Shown: piece by piece, positions 1-10,979 of the stretch
Layout of the letters: the number at the start of each line of letters is the position of its first letter
How positions within the stretch are numbered: position 1 is the stretch's first letter
Translations under genes and position numbers: made by a program
Notes under the pieces: generated by a model
Told to the model about the DNA's origin: nothing
The model's database searches: none
The model's input: the letters and a program-made list of their open reading frames with translations, nothing else
Assembly: GCA_965368335.1 (NCBI GenBank)
Contig: CBDUMN010000001.1
Span: 5,219 to 69,218 of the forward strand
Length of the DNA stretch: 64,000 nt
Reading direction: 5' to 3'
From: an uncultured Rhodospirillales bacterium
GTDB lineage: Bacteria > Pseudomonadota > Alphaproteobacteria > Rhodospirillales > JAPHRK01

Positions 1-52
1 AAGGCGCTCCCGGCACCGACCAATAGCCCGAGCGCCCGCGCCGCAAAAAAGA

Positions 53-87
53 ACACCCTCACCGAATTTTCGGTGGGGGTGTTTTTT
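53..87 (+). terminator. Rho-independent terminator of a gene ending upstream of or at the window edge
   Basis: 12-bp stem acaccctcaccg / cggtgggggtgt (one G-U) with a 6-nt loop, followed by a T6 run at 82-87. An A-run precedes it, so it could act in both directions. Confidence 0.8.
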
Positions 88-216
88 GATTTAACGCCGA
101 CACTTAACCAAAATCATGTCACACTGCGAGTAATTCTCACTATCCTTCTCGACAATGAAGCTGTATAAGTAACATCTAATATTTTTGTGCGACCAAAAAA
201 CTGCTGAGAAAAGCCG

Positions 217-444
217 ATGACCTTGAGAGAGCTGAGAGTTGGAGAGAACGGCAAAGTCGCCGGATTTGAAGATGGCGGCCGGAGCTATCGCCGCAAACTT
301 CTCTCCATGGGATTGACCCCTGGCACTCCTTTCAGCGTTACCCGCGTTGCCCCCATGGGCGATCCGGTCGAAATCAAACTTCGCGGTTTTAAATTAAGCC
401 TACGCAAAGACGAAGCTTCCGCCCTGCGCATCGAAAGAAGCTAA
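217..444 (+). CDS. feoA: Ferrous iron transport protein A (FeoA)
   Basis: 75-aa SH3-like FeoA-type sequence (LRELRVGENGKVAGF...VEIKLRGFKLSLRKDEA), immediately upstream of feoB. Confidence 0.9.
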   Translation: MTLRELRVGENGKVAGFEDGGRSYRRKLLSMGLTPGTPFSVTRVAPMGDPVEIKLRGFKLSLRKDEASALRIERS

Positions 445-452
445 GTTCCTCC

Positions 453-2785
<2,333 letters not shown>

Positions 2786-2789
<4 letters not shown>

Positions 2790-3019
2790 TCCTCTCCCAG
2801 GTGCGCGATTATTTGGCCGAACACAAGCAAGCCCCCCTGATGGATATGGCCTACCGTTTCGAAATGGAGCCCGAAGCCCTGCGCGGTATGCTCGAGATTC
2901 TCGAACGCAAAGGGCGGATTAGGCAGCTCCCTCTGGACCAAGCCTGCAGCGACGGCTGCGCAAAATGCGCCCCCCAGGCCAATCTGGTTTACGAGTGGGT
3001 TAGCTCCCCAAAAATGTAA
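2786..3019 (+). CDS. feoC: FeoC-like small protein
   Basis: 77 aa. The start overlaps the feoB stop by 4 nt (ATGA). Winged-helix-like N-terminus and a C-terminal Cys cluster CSDGCAKC, as in FeoC. Confidence 0.8.
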
Positions 3020-3035
3020 AACTCAAGCAAATAAA

Positions 3036-3068
3036 AACCGCCCTGCAGGCCGGTCTGACAGGGCGGTT
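3036..3068. terminator. Hairpin terminator between convergent feoC and a lipoprotein gene
   Basis: 10-bp perfect stem aaccgccctg / cagggcggtt with a 13-nt loop. The U-run is on the minus-strand side (plus-strand A-run 3033-3037), so it is a better terminator for the minus-strand gene. Confidence 0.65.
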
Positions 3069-3085
3069 CATAAAAAAACAGAAGA

Positions 3086-3628
3086 CTATTTATTTGCAGA
3101 AAAGCTCGATAGCAAGCGCGTGATAAACTGCTTAATATTTTCTCGAATTGCTCCCTCATTTGCAAACCTCAAACGCTGGATGGCAATGGGTGAGTCCCCA
3201 AAAGTCGCTGTATATGACGAATCAACAGCCTCATCGAATATAACTTTTGCGTCTGTTCGTTCAGTTACTGCGTATTTGACCTTGGACTTAACTGTCAGGT
3301 CCAGCCCAAAAAGAGGCTGATCCAGAGAGAAAAGTGATGCTGAAAGATTGAATTTTGCATCCTCCTTGGTTTTCGCAAGAAGACCACTTTTTTCCAGTGA
3401 CCCTTGTAAAGCCCCTTGAAATCCTTCGTTACTCACTTCAGATGTCCAGAGTGGATTTGTATCTTCCCCTCCAGAAACTTTTTCAAGCACAATGGCCCCC
3501 TTTAAATCTGTCTTTGAAGCAGAGACCACTGCACTCTGGTCAACAACCATATTTTTGATCTCTGCGGGTGATGCGCAAGCGCCAAGCAATAACAACCCAA
3601 CAATTGGAATAAATCTTAATTTGGACAT
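3086..3628 (-). CDS. Lipoprotein, function unknown (AT-rich gene)
   Basis: An internal ATG at 3628 is preceded by the strong SD agagggggagaa. The N-terminus MSKLRFIPIVGLLLLGAC carries a lipobox LLGAC. The 22 codons further upstream in the tracked ORF lack any signal. Confidence 0.75.
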   Translation of the reverse strand: MSKLRFIPIVGLLLLGACASPAEIKNMVVDQSAVVSASKTDLKGAIVLEKVSGGEDTNPLWTSEVSNEGFQGALQGSLEKSGLLAKTKEDAKFNLSASLFSLDQPLFGLDLTVKSKVKYAVTERTDAKVIFDEAVDSSYTATFGDSPIAIQRLRFANEGAIRENIKQFITRLLSSFSANK

Positions 3629-3762
3629 TTCTCCCCCTCTAAAAACAGCCTTTCCAAGCAGATCATTGGCGACACAAGAATAACGGGCGCACAATCTAAG
3701 GCAATGCCTTTAATTCAAAAACAACTATCGATAAGGGGCTTCAAACGAAAATGCTAGTAGCT

Positions 3763-3889
3763 TGAATCTAAAGTTCGCCACATAAAGCCTTATCGACGCG
3801 AAGGCAAAATCTTTTGACGGAAGCCAGGATTTCGTCAAACACTTCTGTCATCGTGTCGAGGATAATTTATGCGCCGAACTTTAGATTCA
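3763..3889. repeat. 127-bp extended imperfect palindrome in an AT-rich intergenic region
   Basis: Perfect 15-bp terminal inverted repeat tgaatctaaagttcg (3763-3777) / cgaactttagattca (3875-3889). The arms match at about 35 of 50 positions, including tcgacgcga / tcgtgtcga. The central hairpin is tttgacg (3813-3819) / cgtcaaa (3833-3839). Confidence 0.8.
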
Positions 3890-3947
3890 GGTGACTAGTT
3901 GGAGTTAGATACTGCTCAACACAACGGCATGTAATTTATCTCTGCCA

Positions 3948-4376
3948 CTAAACCCCAGGCTTGGTTTTAGCCCTTAAAGCGGCGATCTGCTTAGAATATT
4001 CGTCTAATACTTCGGCTTGTTCGGAAAGGTCGGCTTTGGCCGATAGGGCGAAGATCGTCTCGGTGAGTTCCATATGGGATTTGGACTCTTTAACCCTGAC
4101 AAGAGTGCTGGCCGATTCCTCTTTCAGACTATGAATAGCCTCGCGCATCCCGGCCATAACGATCATCGCTTCGGAAAGGGTTTCGTCGGACACATGGACC
4201 AACCCCTCCAGCTCCTTGATCCTGTCCTGAAGGGCGTTGATTTCCTTTTCCTGCTTGCCGTGAGACTCGACGACGATTCCTAAGGTTTCATCGCACTCCA
4301 TAACCTTTTTGCGCAAGGCCACAATTTCCTGCTCGGCGGCAATGAGCAGTTTGCGGAGATCGGTCCCACTGGCCAT
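3948..4376 (-). CDS. Coiled-coil protein, function unknown
   Basis: 142 aa with heptad-like charged and Leu-rich sequence (EQEIVALRKKV..., INALQDRIKELEGL...). It lies 20 nt downstream of the oxidoreductase gene on the same strand. Confidence 0.6.
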   Translation of the reverse strand: MASGTDLRKLLIAAEQEIVALRKKVMECDETLGIVVESHGKQEKEINALQDRIKELEGLVHVSDETLSEAMIVMAGMREAIHSLKEESASTLVRVKESKSHMELTETIFALSAKADLSEQAEVLDEYSKQIAALRAKTKPGV

Positions 4377-4396
4377 CTGTCACCTGTTCCCATTTT

Positions 4397-5410
4397 TTAG
4401 TCGTTCTTGATAACAACTTTGCCGAAATGTTTGCCGCTCTTCAAGTATCCCAATGCATCGGGCGCTTCTTCAAAGGAAAAAACTTTATCGATTACCGGCT
4501 TAATGGCGTTTTGTTCGAAGGCCCGCGCCATACGCTCAAAGCTGGCCCGTGAGCCGACCGTCACCCCCTGAATGCGAACGTTGCGCACTAAAACCAGCGG
4601 AAGCGGAAACTCTCCCATGGCCCCGGAAAGAACGCCGATTAAGCTGACCGTCCCGCCGGTACGCACCGCGCGCACGGATTTTTCCAATGTGTCGGCCCCG
4701 CCGACCTCGATCACATGGTCGACCCCTTCTCCTTCACAAAGAGGCTTGATGGCTTTGTGCCAATCGGGATTTTCCTTGTAATTGACGGTGGCATCCGCGC
4801 CCATCTGTTTGGCGCGCTCCAATTTTTCATTGCTCGACGAAGTAATGATTACCTTTGCTCCGGCCGCCTTGGCGATCTGAAGGGCGAAAAGCGACACTCC
4901 ACCGGTTCCCTGAACCAAAACCGTCTCGCCTGACCGAAGGTTGCCCTGTTCGATCAAGGCGCTCCAGGCGGTCAAAGCGGCACAGGGCAAGCAGGAAGCT
5001 TCCTCATAGCTATAGGATTCGGGAATTTTAGCGATCCCCTGCTCATTGACGAACATATACTCAGTAAGCGCACCATTAAGCGGGCCGCCAAGAGCCCCAG
5101 CCAGCTTCTCACCATCCGGCTCACCATCGGCCCAGGTTTGGAAAAACATAGGGGCCACTCGATCACCGGGCTTGAAACGAGTCACGCCGGGCCCAACCTC
5201 GACCACCTCGCCAGCCCCATCGGAAAAGGGGATAAGCGGGGTTTTGATATGCGCGCCGTAAGCTCCATGGATAACAACAAGATCGCGGAAATTAAGCGAC
5301 GATGCGCCGACCTTAACGCAAACCTCTCCCGGCTTGATTTCCTGGCGTTCCCGCTCAATCATCTGAAGGTTTTCGAGGCCGAATTTTTCAGTCAATTCCC
5401 AGGCGCGCAT
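4397..5410 (-). CDS. Zinc-type alcohol dehydrogenase / NADPH:quinone oxidoreductase family protein
   Basis: MDR-superfamily sequence with the nucleotide-binding motif VLVQGTGGVSLFALQIAK. The start at 5410 is preceded by the SD ggaaggaaag. The tracked ORF begins 5 codons earlier. Confidence 0.9.
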   Translation of the reverse strand: MRAWELTEKFGLENLQMIERERQEIKPGEVCVKVGASSLNFRDLVVIHGAYGAHIKTPLIPFSDGAGEVVEVGPGVTRFKPGDRVAPMFFQTWADGEPDGEKLAGALGGPLNGALTEYMFVNEQGIAKIPESYSYEEASCLPCAALTAWSALIEQGNLRSGETVLVQGTGGVSLFALQIAKAAGAKVIITSSSNEKLERAKQMGADATVNYKENPDWHKAIKPLCEGEGVDHVIEVGGADTLEKSVRAVRTGGTVSLIGVLSGAMGEFPLPLVLVRNVRIQGVTVGSRASFERMARAFEQNAIKPVIDKVFSFEEAPDALGYLKSGKHFGKVVIKND

Positions 5411-5514
5411 AGCTTTCCTTCCCATTGTCTATTGGATGATTTGTTGAGCGAAGCCTACAATCAATCCAGTATTTACCCAACGGCAAACATAACCTTTTAC
5501 TTTTGGGAGCTATC

Positions 5515-5982
5515 ATGGCCGGAACCATCGAAACCCGTTTGAAAGAACTGGGCATCAACCTGCCCCAGGCCGCCGCACCCGCCGCCAATTACGTGCCCTA
5601 TGTGGTTAGCGGCAACATGGCTTACGTCTCAGGCCAGATAACCATGGAAAACGGCGAATTGAAGCATGTCGGGAGGGTCGGCGACACCATGGAAGCCGAA
5701 GAAGCTCAACTGGCGGCGCGGCTTTGCGGGCTCAACCTGATCGCCCAGGCCAAGGCGGCTTGCGATGGCGATCTCGACCGGGTTCGCCGCGTGGTCAAAC
5801 TAGGCGGTTTCATCAATTGCACAGCCGATTTCAACGGTCATCCCCAGGTGATCAACGGCGCATCTGATTTAATGGTCGAGGTCTTCGGCGACAAAGGCCG
5901 CCACGCCCGTTTCGCCGTCGGCGCACCGTCTTTACCCTTAGGAGTGGCAGTCGAGATCGACGGTATTTTCGAGATTGAGTAG
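5515..5982 (+). CDS. RidA/YjgF/endoribonuclease L-PSP family protein
   Basis: About 155 aa with YjgF-like sequence (YVSGQITMENGEL..., RFAVGAPSLPLGVAVEIDGIFEI). The ATG at 5515 is preceded by the SD gggag. Confidence 0.85.
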   Translation: MAGTIETRLKELGINLPQAAAPAANYVPYVVSGNMAYVSGQITMENGELKHVGRVGDTMEAEEAQLAARLCGLNLIAQAKAACDGDLDRVRRVVKLGGFINCTADFNGHPQVINGASDLMVEVFGDKGRHARFAVGAPSLPLGVAVEIDGIFEIE

Positions 5983-6015
5983 AGCTAAATTCGCAAAACC
6001 ACCTTGATGCTCGGG

Positions 6016-6231
6016 CTATTTAATGACCTGCCAACCCGTTCCTTTCGACGCATAGACAGCAAATTTATCTGCCTCTCTAATAGATGCTTGTGTGCTGGTG
6101 CCTATAAATTTGGCCCGTTCCCCCTGGCCGACGATAACGATGTTGTCATAACCCAGCGCTTCAAGTTCAGCGGCCTCATCGGCTGCGGACTGTTGGCTAT
6201 CATGTAGGCTTGCGTAAATTTTCTTGGCCAT
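6016..6231 (-). CDS. Small hypothetical protein (71 aa)
   Basis: The ATG is preceded by the SD gggaaggaag, 16 nt after the stop of the upstream lipoprotein gene. I recognise no family. Confidence 0.6.
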   Translation of the reverse strand: MAKKIYASLHDSQQSAADEAAELEALGYDNIVIVGQGERAKFIGTSTQASIREADKFAVYASKGTGWQVIK

Positions 6232-6247
6232 TTTATCTTCCTTCCCG

Positions 6248-7042
6248 TCAGATCGCTTTTACAAGGCTGTCATACAACGGATCGACGGCTTCCTTCTCGT
6301 CATCCATCAGGGCATCTTTTAGGTCGTCTACTGTTGAAAAACTTTCCAGGCGACCTTTCTGCATATCATCGAGGCCCGCCCCTTCAATCGCCTTGTCACG
6401 TTTGGCTGCGCTTAGTTTTCCGCTCGCATCAATCATTTTGGTCAGGATGAAGTCTACCTTGACCTTCCGCACAGCAATCGTGGTTTTTGCGCTTTCCCGC
6501 GCTGCACCCATTTGCTCCGCCGTAACAATCTGCTTCTCGGCCAAATCAGCACGCGCCTTGGCTTGATTTAACGCCTCGGTATTGGCTGGTTGAACAGCGA
6601 GGGCGTTGCCGATCTGAGCATTCTCTCCCAGGCGTTGAGCAGCAATGCCTGTTGCAAAAAACTGAGCCAACCCGACACTATTGCTTTGTCCTGCGGAAAC
6701 TTCGGCCCCAAAGCTGGCAAAAACCGAATAGGTGTCGGTTTCGTTAAACCCCGTTTTGCCATCTCTATTTTCAGTTTTGCCTTGATACTTGCAGCTATCG
6801 GTCGAGGCGCAAGCTGCGCCCTTGCTATCGTTTCCATTAACAAGAAGCGGCATGAGCACTGCCTCCCGGCGTTTATAACCAACTATCAACTCTGGAATAG
6901 CGCCGCCTTCCGGCGTTGCTCCTATCTCGACACCGACATTGGTCTTAGTGCCGAACAGCAATGTATCGTTATGCTTCACACACCCCGTGAGTGCGGCGAA
7001 AATAACCAAAATGGATGCAGCTGCTAATCCCTGACGGCGCAT
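6248..7042 (-). CDS. Lipoprotein, function unknown
   Basis: The N-terminus MRRQGLAAASILVIFAALTGC carries a lipobox LTGC. A Gly/Thr/Asn-rich middle region is followed by a charged helical C-terminal third. Confidence 0.7.
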   Translation of the reverse strand: MRRQGLAAASILVIFAALTGCVKHNDTLLFGTKTNVGVEIGATPEGGAIPELIVGYKRREAVLMPLLVNGNDSKGAACASTDSCKYQGKTENRDGKTGFNETDTYSVFASFGAEVSAGQSNSVGLAQFFATGIAAQRLGENAQIGNALAVQPANTEALNQAKARADLAEKQIVTAEQMGAARESAKTTIAVRKVKVDFILTKMIDASGKLSAAKRDKAIEGAGLDDMQKGRLESFSTVDDLKDALMDDEKEAVDPLYDSLVKAI

Positions 7043-7512
7043 ATGCTTTCCCCTTCCCTGCTTTCTTCCTTGAGAATATCCAAAAACTCTTTCATTTGTT
7101 GGCGGTTCTTCGCCCTGAAAATGACCCGGCAGTCATGCGGGAGAAACATCTCTCGACGATCCTTTTGATAGCCGAGGCCCGCCCCATTGCCCGAGGTCGT
7201 TGTCTGGCTTCTTCCGTCCGAGTGAGCCCAAACCCCATAAGTTTCGATTTCAGAGATATGAACCGTTCCCTTGCAGTTACCCTTTTCCCGGCAGTCCTCA
7301 TCTGATTTGAGAGGCGTATGGATGGCTGGCATAATCACTTTCACGTAGCCGAAATGATGCCGCACTAACTCCCCGTTCGCATTGTACGAGGTACATGCGC
7401 CAAACATTGAAATAGCGGTAAGGCTCAACCCCCACGCCAGAATGGATGCTGCGTTCTTTATGCAGAAGCCTCCCCAGACTTTGCGGTCATTTGCAGTTTT
7501 TCAACCTTACCA
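7024..7512 (-). CDS. Putative lipoprotein, function unknown (start extended relative to the ORF track)
   Basis: The tracked ORF starts at a TTG at 7428, inside a signal peptide. The same frame is open up to an ATG at 7510-7512 (in-frame stop at 7519-7521). That start gives MVRLKTANDRKVWGGFCIKNAASILAWGLSLTAISMFGAC with a lipobox-like FGAC. The 3' end overlaps the next gene by 19 nt. Confidence 0.55.
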
Positions 7513-7622
7513 TCCACCCTCAATAGATGCACTATTTTTAGTTAAGACTCCCTAGTTGCATATTGCAGTAATCATCTGCGCTCCCCCTTGCTCTGACCGC
7601 CGACACATCCCATGTTGTTGTC

Positions 7623-8783
7623 ATGCCGGACGGACGTGACGCCATAGCCGTTAAGACGGTTTCCTCCATTTTAGATATTGAGGCTGAAGCCTGGGATGCC
7701 TGTGCGGGGCCTGCCAACCCATTTGTCAGCCATGCCTTCCTCAAGGCCCTTGAAGACAGCGGGTCGGTTGGAGCGGACGCGGGATGGCTTCCCCAACATT
7801 TGATCATCGAGGCACCCAATGGCGGGTTGGCCGCCTGCGCACCGCTCTATGTTAAAAGCCATTCCTACGGCGAATACGTTTTCGACTGGGCCTGGGCGGA
7901 CGCCTTTCACCGGGCCGGAGGGCGCTACTACCCCAAACTCCTTTGCGCCGCCCCTTTCACCCCAGCCACCGGTCCACGCCTGCTCATCAATCCTGCTACT
8001 CAGGAACCAGAGATTTTAAAAAAAGCCCTGGCGGGCGCTATGGTGCAATTAGGCGAGCAACTCGGCGCTTCTTCGGTTCATCTGAACTTCCTCGAGAAAA
8101 ACAACTGGGAAGCGCTCGGCGGGATGGGCTTTCTCCTGCGCACCGGGCATCAGTATCACTGGGAAAACCACGACTATCGGTCTTTCGACGATTTCCTTGC
8201 TCGCCTTAGTTCACGCAAGCGCAAGGCGATCAAGAAGGAGCGTCGCCAAACCGCGGCCCATGAGATCGCCCTCAAACCCCTCACCGGCAATGACATTGAA
8301 GAACGTCACTGGGACGCTTTTTTCCGTTTTTATATGGACACCTCTTCACGCAAATGGGGTGAGCCCTACCTCACCCGCGACTTTTTCTTCGCTGTGGGCG
8401 AAACCATGGCCGACAAGGCGGTTATGGTGGCCGCCGAACGAGACGGAAGGACCGTCGCCGCCGCTCTCAACTTTAAAGGCGCGGAAACGCTTTTTGGCCG
8501 CTACTGGGGCTGTACGGAGGATTTCAAATTCCTCCACTTCGAGGCCTGCTACTATCGGGCAATCGATTTCGCCATCGAAAACGGCCTGAAGCGCGTTGAA
8601 GCAGGAGCCCAGGGTGAACACAAAATCCAACGCGGCTACTTGCCAACCCACACTTACAGCGCTCATTGGATTTACGACCCCAATTTCAAACGCGCCGTTG
8701 ACCGGTTTTTAACAGACGAGCGCCAAGCCGTGGATAGTGAAATCAACTACCTTATGACCACATCGCCATTCAAACAGGAGTAG
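7623..8783 (+). CDS. DUF482 / FemAB-like GNAT family N-acetyltransferase (COG3146-like)
   Basis: 386 aa. Conserved stretches FLKALEDSGSVG, YGEYVFDWAWADA and HFEACYY are typical of this family as I recall it. Confidence 0.75.
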   Translation: MPDGRDAIAVKTVSSILDIEAEAWDACAGPANPFVSHAFLKALEDSGSVGADAGWLPQHLIIEAPNGGLAACAPLYVKSHSYGEYVFDWAWADAFHRAGGRYYPKLLCAAPFTPATGPRLLINPATQEPEILKKALAGAMVQLGEQLGASSVHLNFLEKNNWEALGGMGFLLRTGHQYHWENHDYRSFDDFLARLSSRKRKAIKKERRQTAAHEIALKPLTGNDIEERHWDAFFRFYMDTSSRKWGEPYLTRDFFFAVGETMADKAVMVAAERDGRTVAAALNFKGAETLFGRYWGCTEDFKFLHFEACYYRAIDFAIENGLKRVEAGAQGEHKIQRGYLPTHTYSAHWIYDPNFKRAVDRFLTDERQAVDSEINYLMTTSPFKQE

Positions 8784-10893
8784 CGCGACCTACTTTCCAA
8801 TTATAGGTCAGAAACATGCATAAAACGATGGCCAGAGCAGCATGGATGGGCCAGGAAAGCGGCCATAGCAAAGCACCGCCACCAATTAAGAAAACCAGCC
8901 GTAGCAAGGGGCTAAGAGGCGCTTCCAAATGCCCCATCAAAGCCCCCGTCAGGGCGTAAAGACCGAGTAAGGCAAAACAGAAAATCCCTAAGACCTCAAT
9001 CCACCCGCCACCGATCAAAGGCGTATAAGCGAAAAGCAGCGGCACAATATAGAGCCCCTTGGCCGTCCGCCAGGCGGAAAACCCAGTCGCCATAGGTCGC
9101 GTTTTGGCGATGGCGGCTGCGGTAAAAGCCGTCAAGCAAACAGGCGGGGTTACGTTGCTGTCTTGCGAAAGCCAGAAGACGATCAGATGCGCGGACAGCA
9201 AGGCGTAACTTAAGACGTCAGGGCTGATAAGCATTTCACGAAGCGTACCCGCCAGGTCGGGCGGCACAGCGGCATAGAGCGCCTGTGCGGCTTCTAACGT
9301 CATAGGAAGACCAATTTCCGCCATTCGATCTGGCGCGGCCAACATGAAGACCGCTTTGGCCTCTTGGCTGACAATCCCGGCGGCCAGTGCTTCCATCACC
9401 TGGGCATCGACGATTAAATTGTAAAGCGCCGGGGCCGACAGGGTACCGAGTACAATGTAAGCCGCAGTCACCGGCAGCCCCATACCGAGAACCAGGGAGG
9501 CCAAAGCGATCAATGTGATCGCAATCAGCAAACTATCTCCCGCCCACTGGGTGATCATCAGCGAGAAAGTATTTCCTACCCCTGCCGTGGCTATCACATT
9601 GACGACCAACCCGACAGAGCAGAGCAAGATGGCCGTCATCACCATATTGCGCGCGCCCAACGCCAAAGCTTCCATAATCGCTCTCGGCCCCATCTTATTG
9701 GGCGTAAACCATGTTGAAACGATCACCGCGAGAATTGACCCGCCAGCCGCATAGGTCGGCGTAAAGCCTTGAATGAGAAGACCGATCAACACGGCAACCG
9801 GCAAAAGAAACGGCAACCCGCCCTTCTTAAATACCTCTTTGGCGGTCGGAGCCTCCGCATCGACCACATGGATATGATGCTTGCGCGCCTCAACCCGGAC
9901 GAAAAAAGCCACCGTAGCAAAGTAAAGAATGGCAGGAAGCACACTGACGGCGATGATGGTGGTGTAAGAAATTTGAGTGATGCTCGCCATAACGAAAGCG
10001 CCCGCTCCCATGATTGGCGGCATCAACTGCCCTCCCGTCGAAGCCGCCGCCTCAACGCCTGCGGCAAATCGTGGGGCGAAACCGGCTCTTTTCATCAATG
10101 GGATGGTAATCACCCCAGTCGATGCCGTATTGGCGACAGCCGAGCCTGAAATGGTGCCGGTCAGCCCCGAGGCGAAAACGGCGACAAGCCCGGCTCCTCC
10201 AACCATGCGCCCCGCCAGGGCCCGCGCCAAATCGATAATGAAGTCGCCAGCCCCCGAGCGGAGCAAAAAGGCTCCGAACAGAATAAACATGAAAACAAAA
10301 CTGGAAGAGATGCGGGCAATGTTGCCGAAAAGACCATCATCACCGTAAACACTGCGAAACAGAATGGTTTCCGCCGAAAGCCCGCCAAAACGGAAAACGC
10401 CATCTATCAACGCCCCCCACCACCCGACATAGGTCAGCGACAAAACGATCAAAACGGGAATGATCCAACCGGTAGTACGCCGGGTAAACTCAATCGCCAT
10501 CAGGATGAGAAGGGTTCCAAAAATCCATTCAGCTTCGGAAAGGCGCACCCCCCGGTCATAAATTGCGTCTTCCATGGCGATCATGTAAACGGCTGAAAAG
10601 GCCGCAAGGAGCCCCAGGGCAACATCAAACGCCAAAACAAACCGTCCGGCCTTAGCCGATTTCGTTTTAATGGACGGATAGACCAAGCCGCACATCAGCG
10701 CAAAACCGGCAAAATGCAGAGCATTTCGCCAAAGCCCGGATAAAACGCCGAATAGATTGAAGTAGAGATGGAGAAGAGAGACTGCGACGCCGATAATCAG
10801 TAGGGCGAGCCCGACCCAGCCCTCATCATTACGAATCGGAGCTTCCATTTCACCCAGCTCCTTTGTTTCTTCCGCTTTTGTGGCCTCGGCCAT
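8770..10893 (-). CDS. TRAP transporter, fused permease (TAXI-type, DctQM-like)
   Basis: 707-aa polytopic membrane protein, directly downstream of a TAXI solute receptor gene. Confidence 0.9.
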   Translation of the reverse strand: MAEATKAEETKELGEMEAPIRNDEGWVGLALLIIGVAVSLLHLYFNLFGVLSGLWRNALHFAGFALMCGLVYPSIKTKSAKAGRFVLAFDVALGLLAAFSAVYMIAMEDAIYDRGVRLSEAEWIFGTLLILMAIEFTRRTTGWIIPVLIVLSLTYVGWWGALIDGVFRFGGLSAETILFRSVYGDDGLFGNIARISSSFVFMFILFGAFLLRSGAGDFIIDLARALAGRMVGGAGLVAVFASGLTGTISGSAVANTASTGVITIPLMKRAGFAPRFAAGVEAAASTGGQLMPPIMGAGAFVMASITQISYTTIIAVSVLPAILYFATVAFFVRVEARKHHIHVVDAEAPTAKEVFKKGGLPFLLPVAVLIGLLIQGFTPTYAAGGSILAVIVSTWFTPNKMGPRAIMEALALGARNMVMTAILLCSVGLVVNVIATAGVGNTFSLMITQWAGDSLLIAITLIALASLVLGMGLPVTAAYIVLGTLSAPALYNLIVDAQVMEALAAGIVSQEAKAVFMLAAPDRMAEIGLPMTLEAAQALYAAVPPDLAGTLREMLISPDVLSYALLSAHLIVFWLSQDSNVTPPVCLTAFTAAAIAKTRPMATGFSAWRTAKGLYIVPLLFAYTPLIGGGWIEVLGIFCFALLGLYALTGALMGHLEAPLSPLLRLVFLIGGGALLWPLSWPIHAALAIVLCMFLTYNWKVGRATPV

Positions 10894-10921
10894 CTGGCCC
10901 CTCCCTGGCTATCGGCAAACG

Positions 10922-10950
10922 CCGGACGGAACCCTGCATCCGTTCATATT
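10922..10950 (-). other. Intercistronic stem-loop between the TRAP receptor and permease genes
   Basis: Perfect 10-bp stem ccctgcatcc / ggatgcaggg with a 9-nt loop, in the 86-nt gap between the two cistrons. Confidence 0.7.
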
Positions 10951-10979
10951 GGATGCAGGGCTCAATCCATCAAACCAGC

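Noticed and set aside
126-144. Fur-box-like sequence gcgagtaattctcactatc upstream of feoA.
   Set aside because: It matches the 19-bp E. coli Fur consensus GATAATGATAATCATTATC at only 12 of 19 positions by hand alignment. Iron regulators and their motifs also differ among Alphaproteobacteria. It is plausible given the feo context but not supportable as a feature without a PWM scan.
8770-8783. 3'-3' overlaps of convergent genes: DUF482 with the TRAP permease (14 nt), lipB with acylphosphatase (6 nt), and the methyltransferase with the RND pump (4 nt).
   Set aside because: This is common in compact bacterial genomes. There is no unusual structure at the overlaps, so it is noted only as evidence of dense packing.
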